DNA from: Podarcis cretensis
Taxonomy: Eukaryota
Assembly: GCA_951804945.1 (NCBI GenBank)
Contig: OX638154.1
Span: 59,582,001-59,646,000 of the forward strand
DNA length: 64,000 nucleotides
Reading direction: 5' to 3'
Shown: positions 50,601 to 60,900 of the stretch, piece by piece
Numbering within the stretch: the first letter of the stretch is position 1
How the letters are laid out: the number at the start of each line of letters is the position of its first letter
Notes under the pieces: model-generated
Told to the model about the DNA's origin: nothing
Databases searched by the model: none
What the model saw: only the letters and a program-made list of their open reading frames with translations
Program-made: the position numbers and the translations under genes

Positions 50601-53600
50601 AGGAAGATCAAACACTGAGCAGATTAGGGTCATGCATATCTACCTTTGAAAAATCAATCACATACCTTGCCAGCTGCAGACAGATTGAATAAACTCCCTG
50701 TCTTGTTTCATAATCCACTTCTGATGGGATGGAGTCTCTCTGCATAACATTCACCACCAAACTGGAAAATAAATTTAGAGATTTTTAATTAAGACAAGAA
50801 ACATATAACACATGTAGAAGTCTGTTGGTTGAAAATATTTCCCTATATTGATGAGGATTAATATAATGTGTTAGCGGGAAGGTAAACGGCGTTCCGTGTG
50901 CTGCGCTGGCTCGCCAGATGCAGCTTGTCACGCTGGCCACGAGACCCGGAAGTGTCTGCGGACAGCGCTGGCTCCCGGCCTATAGAGTGAGATGAGCGCA
51001 CAACCCTAGAGTCTGTCAAGGGTACGGGCAGGGGTACCTTTACCTTTACTAATATAATGTGTTAATCATTTAAAACAGAGAAGCCTCACTAACACCGTCA
51101 CTAAATCAGGGGGCCAGTCGACAGGCTCCACCATTCTGACTATCAGCGGGTGAGACGGGGGAAAGCAAGGGCTCTGGTGTACATCAACATCTTTCTGCAC
51201 TCCACAATGTTCTGGACACTGATCCAATGACCGTGCCATCACAATAATGGCAGCACCTGTCACTTCCTTTCTGTGGTCCAAAGGCATACTCTTCTGTTGG
51301 CGTGTTATGGCTCAGTTGGTTAGAGCATGGTGCTGATAATGCCAAGGTTGCAGGTTCGATCCCTGTATGGAACAGCTGCATTGCAGGGGTTTGGACTAGA
51401 TGATCCTCAGGGTCCCTTCCAACTCTACCATTCTGTGATTCTAAGCACACAACCACTGGAGACTAGAAATATAAGCAACTCTCATCTGCCGGTCAAGTAC
51501 TGAAGTGCAAATATGCTAAGAGATGACATTTAATACTTACAACCTCCAGCTTATTTTTTAAAATTCTAATCAACTATTTAAATTTATTATGACTTTATCA
51601 GTAGGGCATAGTCAATGCCATCTCAGTGCCTCAAACTGTCTACTCCTATTCAAAGTTAAGTGCAGATTCAATGATCAATGGCATAGTACTATCTATTATC
51701 CAGAACTCTTTGACAAAGCATTTTCTGCAAATACCTTAACAGATTTTGGGAGGACAGCACCAACCACCGAAAGCAGTATTGAAAAAGCAAGAATATCCAG
51801 GTTGCACTGCAGTTTTGGCACTTCTTTGTGTAGGATGTATGAAGAAAGACTTATGGAAGTGGAAAGGTAACAGGAAAAAACCCTTGCTGCAATTTATTCA
51901 ACATCATACACACAAAGAAGGCAAACTACCTAGTGTAATTTAGGCTGTCCCCACAGTATTTGGAATAGCTGCTCGAATACTACTATTGAGAGCACCATTT
52001 ACAGTACTTATACTAGTATTAAATGTATACTGAGTTGAGAATGCTTAAAGGCTAGTTCTCACACAGCTGGAAGGTTCCACTTCAGAATATTTCTTTCAAC
52101 TAACCTCAAGCCACCTGCTCTGAGAAAATTTTCACAGAAAGATTTGGCACAATTTCTTGCCATTTCATCATCCGCTGTAGGCATTAGTTTGGAACTCAGG
52201 ACCTGAAAAATATTCAGATTTTAGGTAAGTGGCAGAGTTTCAATGGAGCAATACACTAAGCCGCTATCTCACCCACAGGCAAAGTTAACACTGCTACTCA
52301 GAATTAACTCACCAAACTACGGCACTTGGTCATCTGAATTCAATGAGACCTTTCAATAATGTTAATTAATTATTTTATCAACACCTGTCATATAATTAAG
52401 AACATTAACACAGTCAGAGGTCCCTGAATACTAACAAAGCTTTTGCGAAGTGTGTTTCAAGGCCCATGACAATCCCTGTCATTTCAAGAGAGAAGTTATG
52501 GTATATTTACATAGTATGTAAAAAGAATGGAAGATAAGGAACTACAAGGTGGTGAGGGAGAGCCATGCGACCTGGTAAACAGATGTTTAGGTGGTTGCAA
52601 GAGAGCGGGATCACTACTATGGAAACCATGCAAAGATAACCCAACTGTGGACAACTGGAAACACAGTGTCACTACAGCAGAGTTTCATCTTAAGAGAATT
52701 CAATGCCTCCTTTTTGTTTGCTAGCACTGTGTGTATTCTGCATGTTGGCATGCAGCTGCAGGTGTTTTGTGTTTGTTTGTTTTTTTGTTAGTCTGGGTTG
52801 CTTTTTATTACTTGCCTTTCCCCCTTTTGGGGGATGGGGGTTTTTGCATGTTTGTTTTGCCAGCTTTGTTTTGTGTGTGCTGGCATCACCCCATTTTTCT
52901 TCTGTGAATGGATATATTGTGGCATCCATTATATTTTTTAGTTGTTCAGATGTGCCTCAGGACTCAAAATCTTTGAGGACCCAAGCACTAAACTATAGTT
53001 TAGCACTAAATGGATGAGCCTCAACAAATCAGTGGGTTCAGAGACTGCCTTTCCTCTGTCCTCCCCAGAGTTTGTTGACACTTGCCTAAGTCACATTTTA
53101 GTATTATGGTGTAAACCAGGTTGCTGACTGGCGACAAAATTTCATACAGAAAACTTTCCCAACTCTACCTAGAGATGCCAGGAACTGAACACAGGGTCTT
53201 CTACATGCAAAACAAAAGAATTGATATTTGACCCTACCCCACACTTCCATGCCAATTTACTCTTACCTCAAGATTGTAAAGTACTCTAAAAGTAGACATT
53301 CCTGGGGCAAAAGACCTGAAAAGACTTTCAAGTATTGAAGTAGCACTAGGCTGGTGTTGATGCTTTGTAGACAAAGAAGGCGACTTTGAAGACTGGGAGT
53401 TTGATTCAGAGAGTAATGTTTTCTGAGAAAAGAATAAGCATAGAGAAATACAAATAAGAAGGCAGATCTGATATAACATGGTTATATAGCCATGATAGCT
53501 AGTCTTTGGAGTCCTGAACTTCCTAAAAGTAATAAAATCTCTTGCAAGCACCTTTTGCTATACTCTATACCAGGGACAGAGGACTCATGGCCCTCTGAAT

Positions 53601-54929
53601 ATCACTGGATTACAAATCCATCCCTGACTACTGGTGCGGCCGACTCAGGCTGATGGAAATTTGACGCCTGGAGTGCCACAGATTCCCCATCCCTATTCAA
53701 TACCATAAAGAGCTATAAAATACAATCTGTAGATTTTTACAAAGTTTATGCCACACCCTTCTTTTTCGATGCACCCCAGTGTAAATACCATTTCTCTTTA
53801 ATTAGTATTTTTTGTAATTTACATTATTATTTTTTAATAGCTGGCATCCATCTGTCTTGGGAGACAATGGAGGAGTGTGCCTTTGGGGGTGAAGTAAAAC
53901 TGTTGCAAGGTTGCAGCACGAGAGATATGGGAGAGACATGCTTTGTGAATGCCAGATTAATTTTAACGTAGTTTGCTAACTTCTATGAAACATGTTTAGA
54001 CCCAATGACTATTTGCTACTATCCTATATAGGTAGCTAGGACAGCCATCCTTAAGGGTGAATGTTAAATGAGCCTGTGGCTTAGGAACTTTACGAGTAAT
54101 AGATTCTGTGCCAACTTTACAGATGAAGCTAGCAAGCTAATACACGGCTGTGCTAACATGGCATTTTTCCTGCCCCAGTGGCGATAAGCACATTAGCCAT
54201 GCTATCTGAATCCCTAGAAGGAAAGTAATGTGTGCTAAGCAAAGGAATTCCCCCCCGCCAAAGCAACACATCATTAATAATAAGAGAAATAAAATTAATT
54301 TAGCCAGTGATGGTTCAATTCTTGCTCCACAATGGATAGCATTTCCCCAGCATTTTATAATGCCTACAATTTAATGCCCTACCTATTTCTTTCTCCATTC
54401 CTTTCAATCCCAATCTCAATCAGTAAAACTAGACTATGATTGTGTAGTTAACAGAAAGATATATACCTTTCGTCCAAGAGAATCTAGCTGATCAAGAGCT
54501 TCCTGAATAGCTGGGTCAGTAGGAATCAGCAAAAGAAGCCTCCGTACTCTCAAAGTAATCCTGAAGAATACAAGAGACATATAATATACTCAATTTCTGC
54601 TGGGCTGGACACTATGCCTACTTGTAAAGGCTTCCAAAATTTATTTATTTTTGCAGCCACAGTATTTCTACAGTGTCTTCAATAACACTACTTACCTTGG
54701 CTCTTCTAGGTTCGCAAGCTGGTACAGCATGTCAAACACATTACACACAAGAGCCATTACCACTCCAGGGAGGGATTTTTCCTGAGGATTAAGAACACAC
54801 AATTAACTTCCTTATTTCTTAAGCAATTTGTTAGGGTTCTCAATTTTTAAAAATTGAGCGATATAAATTTAAAACCTGGCCTAGGGATGTCAGCTACTTG
54901 CCAACACAAGGCACTGAATCCTGTATAGT

Positions 54930-54985
<56 letters not shown>

Positions 54986-57900
54986 CTGCAGTGTTGATCT
55001 GAAATTCTGCCAAAGAAACCACAGCTTCACATTTCCAATACTTTTAACTTTTATGTACAGAGTGAACCAAAACATTACACCTTGGAATTCTAAACTGTGT
55101 CATCATATATAATGAACAGCAGCAGGGAGGATGCTTTATACTTTTTCCATTTCTGCTTACAGTTAGAACTACTTCAAACAATTCAGATGCATTCATTTCT
55201 GAAATGATCACTGAAATCCTGCGTTCATCAAAATCAGATGAGAAAGGTGTGCTAGCAGTTCCTGCTGGATTTATCAAGCATCTCAATTCGACTGGGAAAA
55301 AGTGCAGGATCAGTGTAGTAACTGCATGTAGCACTAGCTCACTTCAGTTTATTTTCAACTGATTTTCAAATTCTGACAAACTAATTTTATAAAGATTTGA
55401 ATCACGACTGACCAATGCAGAGTACAGAGAAATGGAAGATACTGGAAAGCATTTTTTTAAAGTGAAATGAAACCAGCATAATTAATGAAAAAGTGTCTTT
55501 GTGTGTGTGAAATCTATATTTACTCCCCCCATGTTGTACCTGTTCCATTGCGTATGATGAACTGAAGACATTACTACTGTTGCTGGAGCTAGTGGAGGAA
55601 TCAGCAGAGCTTGCTGATGGGGTTCCACTTCCTGATGTTTTTACAGTAAGTGCTTGTTCTTCAGAAAAGCCCAACTGGTGAAGTAGCTTTTGATCTTTAT
55701 TCACTGTTAGCTGAAATACAATATCTTTTCTTAGCTTCTGCAAACCGTACACATCTAGAATATTGATAAAATCATCCTAACATACCAAGCTGTCATTTGC
55801 AAATATCTGTATGTTTTCCACAGGAGCATTCAACAGCTTTGCTATCTTCCATCTGACACTCCCTATGATCTCATTGCTATGAGCCTGCAAAAATGAAGTG
55901 GAAGTTAGTTCATTCATGTTCTCAGTTCTAGGAAGTATTATTAGACAGAAACCAGTGACCCATAAGGGAAACTTTTCCACATTATCCTGCAAGCCCCATT
56001 TACTCAGCATAACCTTGACAAATGCATCTCTGGGTTATTTGTGGGGCATAGGAATTTGTTCATTTTTTTCTTCAAAAAATGAATCCTGGCCTCCCACAAG
56101 GTCTGAGGGACAGCGGACCGGTCCCCTGCTGAAAAAGTTTGCTGACCCCTGCTTTGCATCAACACCCAACTCCCTTTTTGCTGAGAATTTTCACACCTTA
56201 AATATGAGTATTTTAAAAGGCAATAAAATTGCAAGAGCATACCTCTACTGTAAAGGTATCTTTGGTAGATTCATACATAACATTAAGTGTTAAAAGATGT
56301 CCATGAAAGGAGGCACCGTGAGGTAGAATAGTACGTGGAACGGAGTAAAGGTCCTGTGGAAAGAAAGTGGTAAAAATGACCTTTGACACAAATGATCAAG
56401 GAACAATTTAAAATGTAAACTGGCGTAAGCTTATCAACCGAACATTTTTATCTGTGTTTTAGCTGTCACAATGATCTGTCCATTATACAGCAAAGACTTC
56501 CCCAACCAGGTATGCTCCAGATATTTTGGACATCATCATCGCTGCCCATGCTGGCTGAGACTCAGTGGCAGAACATCTGCTTTGTAGGCAGAAGGTCTCT
56601 GGATTAATTCCCAGAAGCTCCAGCTGGGGCTGGGAATGCTCCTGCTATGAGATCATGAAGAGCCACTGCCTGTCAGTGTAGAGGCCATGCAGCTCCAAGT
56701 CTATGCCTTTGCCACTGCACTGTTCATGGGTCTTGTCCCTCAGCGAGTTAGCTTGGTGCCGCATGGCCTGTGGGTGGAGAGGGTTGCGGTGGTCCAGAAT
56801 GGAAATCATCTCTCCAGCCTGCTCCTAGGTCATTCAAAGGAGACCCAATTTCGGGTAAAGCTCAGTGTTCTCATTCACTTGGGTAGTAAGCCCATGATCA
56901 AGGAGCAGGATCTGATCACTGCATGCTACTGTTGTTGCAGTGGGCTGTTAAGGGGTTGTAGTAGTAGTTGTTATTATTAGGACTTCTTAGTCACCTTCCA
57001 AGGTATAAATTTCTTGCCAAAACTTGAGAGACTGGGGCTCCAGGACCAGTTCACTAGATCACTTGCCCTGCCACAGTTCAGCCAAATACAAAAATAGGTA
57101 AAGGTAAAGGGACCCCTGACCATTAGGTTCAGTCGTGGCCGACTCTGGGGTTGCGGTGCTCATCTCGCTTTATTGGCCGAGGGAGCCAATAAACAGCTTC
57201 TGGGTCATGTGGCCAGCATGACTAAGTCGCTTCTGGCGAACCAGAGCAGCGCACGGAAACGCCGTTTACCTTCCCACCGGAGCAGTACCGATTTATCTAC
57301 TTGCACTTCTGACACGCTTTTGAACTGCTAGGTTGGCAGGAGCAGGGACCGAGCAATGGGAGCTCACCCCGTCGCGGGGATTCGAACCGCCGACCTCCTG
57401 ATCGGCAAGTTCCAGGCTCTGTGGTTTAACCCACAGTGCCACCCAAAAATACAAAAATAGCTACTACTAATAAAACTGTAGCCTTTTCAATCCAGTTCTG
57501 CATTGGTTCTCATCCTCCTCACTCTCTGATGCAGCCCAAAGGTAATAGAAACTTGCTTGCTTAAACAATGAGTCTACAGTGGGATATGTGTGTTATTGGG
57601 TTGTTGTTTTTATTTTGATTATGTATTTTGTGGTTTTATATTTTGATTTTATTTTGTAAACCACCTTGAGATCTTTGGGTCTCAAAGGCAAATATTAAAA
57701 ATGTAGTATAAACACTGACAACTGGGAAACACTGGCCTGCGAGTGCTCCAGTTGGAGAACAGCCTTTACCAAAGGTGTCATGGACTTTGAAGACACCCGA
57801 ACTCAGGATGCAAGGGAGAAATGTGCTAAGAGGAAGGCACACTTGGCAAATCCACACTGTGATCAACTCCTGCCTGGGAACCAATGTCCCCACTGTGGAA

Positions 57901-60900
57901 GGACGTGTGGATCCAGAATTGGCCTCCACAGTCACTCACGGACTCATTGTTAAAACCGTGTTTATGGAAGACAATCTTACCTCAGCTATGAGTGATTGCC
58001 AAAGAAGAAGAAAATAGGGCGGTATATAAATTCAATAAATAAGAACAATAACAACAACAATAGGAGAACTTGAAGCCTAAACTTAGCATTGCACTTACTG
58101 GGCTACTCAAACTAAAGGGACATGGGTACCAAAATTTCTTTTTCTTACCTCTATAGTGATGACATAGCGTTCTGCCAACAGCAGCAGTCTCTCAATTATT
58201 ACAAGCTTTGTTGACCTGGAGATTGCAATCAAAATAAATGGCAGACAGTTGGGTGAGACCTCAGTTGAGCTCCTTGAAAATACCTACCAGCCTGACAAAA
58301 GCCACCAACACTATGCCCTGTGGCCGCTATCTGACAGGTGGCCCAAACAAATTTCTCACTATCAAGGAGTATGCAGAAGCTGGAACTAAGTTTCAAGGTG
58401 GCAACAGTCAAGGAGTTAGATTTATTCACTCCTCCCCACCATCACCTCAGTAACATTTGATTTAAAAAAGAGGAAGTGTGATGTGATGTCTTCACACTGT
58501 TTTGCTGTACCTGCTCCACATTACACAATGAAGTGAAGCAGAGCCAGAGAAATTCCTGAACTGGGTCATAACATATTATGCATTCCAAGTAACAACAGGT
58601 TAGTGGTGAAGTACCGGTGGCAGTGGCAGCAAGGAGAAAAAAAATCATCCTTAACGCATACTTCCAACCCTAGTTTTGCCTAGCGAAAGAAAAGAATGGA
58701 GGAGTATAAGTAGTAAACTCAGTCCAGTTTTTCCTAAACTTTTGTTATTTGGGGCTGACATAATTAAAGATAAACCTGGCAACACACTTTATTATTTCAC
58801 CTGAAAAAGGCTTAAAAAGTGAGGTACAACATACATTTTAAAGAAATGTTAGCGGGGAAGAAGGTGTGAGAGAAGAGCCAATAGCAAAACAGCACTGCAG
58901 ATTATTGCAGTTTTTGATGCTATTTTATATCTCCAATTTGTCCTCCTTCCCCTCAGGGCCAGGGGGAATGTGGTCAGTGCTTTAGGGAAATAGCACCAGC
59001 TTCTGCACTTGGCTGTATTCCTGGGCCAATTCATCTTTCCATTTATTTAATTAATGTATTGATATCTCACACCTTTCCGTGGTAACCGTAAACTCAAGGC
59101 AGCTTACAAATAAAAATACAGATGAGACCAAACAGCAGCAGAAAAAGGGTCACAGAAGCCATATCAGCAACAGAAAACACTTAGATTTAAGAGTTTTACA
59201 GTGCTGTTGCTGGTAAACTGCAGCCTCACTGTAGACTTCTCCCAATTGCATAAATGACTACTATGCTGTTGTATATTCCCTGAGAAATACTACTAGTACC
59301 AACTTTGATCTTCTTTAAGCAGCTGTCCAAATCAATTTAATGGAAGTGCACAATATTTGTTCCATGATTACTACACTTGTTTAATACAGGAACAACACTT
59401 CTTTTTTGGAACTGGAACAGAGCACCACTTGATTTTCCAAAAGGTAAACTTAGGGTATATTGTATTGTGCTGTGTTATATTATTTTCCTTCTCATCACAG
59501 GCCAGCATAAGTTGAGCAAACCTTAAAAAAGTGTTTATTCAACACTTCTTTTTGTAACCAGAGACTTGCATCACCCTTCTGGCAACTACCTTCCGCAGTG
59601 AATCCTATTGCAATGTATTTAAAAACAAAAACAAAAAACCAGAAACATTCATTTGTGGGGACAAATACATTGAATAAACCTATCCTTTGTAAAGAGTTTA
59701 TGTATGATGAAGCTGTGGGTGCCAGTTCTAATTTCGGTAGTTTCTTTGGCCCATATCCATTTCACACACAGACAAGAATACCTGGTTCAGATATAACATT
59801 CTAAAGTTTAGTGGATCAGGAATGTGAGATATGAGACTCCTCATTACTGAGGTTTCTTTTAACACAAGCAAGCTGGGCAAACTGTGGTTACAGCTAACCA
59901 CATTATCATGGTTTAAAGAGGATTTCATACCATGGTTTTGTACATCTTAGCAAGGCATGGTTACGGAAAACTGAAGGAAGGTGTGAGCCTTCAGCACATT
60001 CCCAGTCCTCTAAATCACGGTTATCTAGAACAAACCAACATAGATCATACTTATCTATTCCTAAACCAAAACCTTACCTGTATGGAGACTGTACTGATGT
60101 TGCCACAGTAGGCATTGCAGTTGCTGTTAGCATTTTGGTAGCTCTTGTGACAGCATGTGTCAGTGTTGGACCACCAAGTGCTGAACTGGCTGCCTAGAAT
60201 GAAAGGAACAACGTGCTATTTCTGGATTACAAGGAAGGCCACGTAATGGTGCGGCAACTTCTTCAGCACTGAGAACTTAAACTTTGCCTTTTATCTGCAA
60301 AGTAATTTCCTAGCGTCAAGGCATAACAGGCAGACATCTCTACAAACCTTCATTTTAATGATATTCAAAGAAAGGAGCACTGGCTACTCCCTGTGAATAC
60401 TCTATCTAGTTAAGATGTTTGAGGGTTATACCCAAGGCAAGGAAACAGGTAAAAGATCTCTGACTCTAGGCTCCTGGCTCCAGTTCCAACCATGTAAAGA
60501 GAGAGAGGGTAAATATAATTCCAAAAAAAAGAATAATTCTACTTGGGTCAAAGGTGGGAGAAAGTTCAGTGTCCCGGGCAAAGACAGGAAAAGAACTGGA
60601 GTTGTCTAGGGTCACAAGTCTCCCATGCAGTTCCCTGCTGTCCCAGATAATTAGTGGATATAACCCAACATGGTGGCTGCTCTATTAACTCCAGTTGAGA
60701 AATGGGCTTTCTGTACAGTACGAGGTGGAATGCTGGAAATTATTTTACAATTATGTAAGAATAAAAAATACAACAGGACATATTTTTTTAAAAAAGATTG
60801 ACACTTACTTCTAATCTTGTATAACAATCCGCAATGAATTTTTTATGGAGTGACACTGAATCCTGAAAAGAATGAAAAGTGTTAAACTATATTAAAAACA

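Noticed and set aside
51303-51372. Possible tRNA-Ile(GAT) gene
   Set aside because: The acceptor stem does not pair, there is no Pol III T-run terminator, and it runs straight into a CR1-type tail; it is a SINE head
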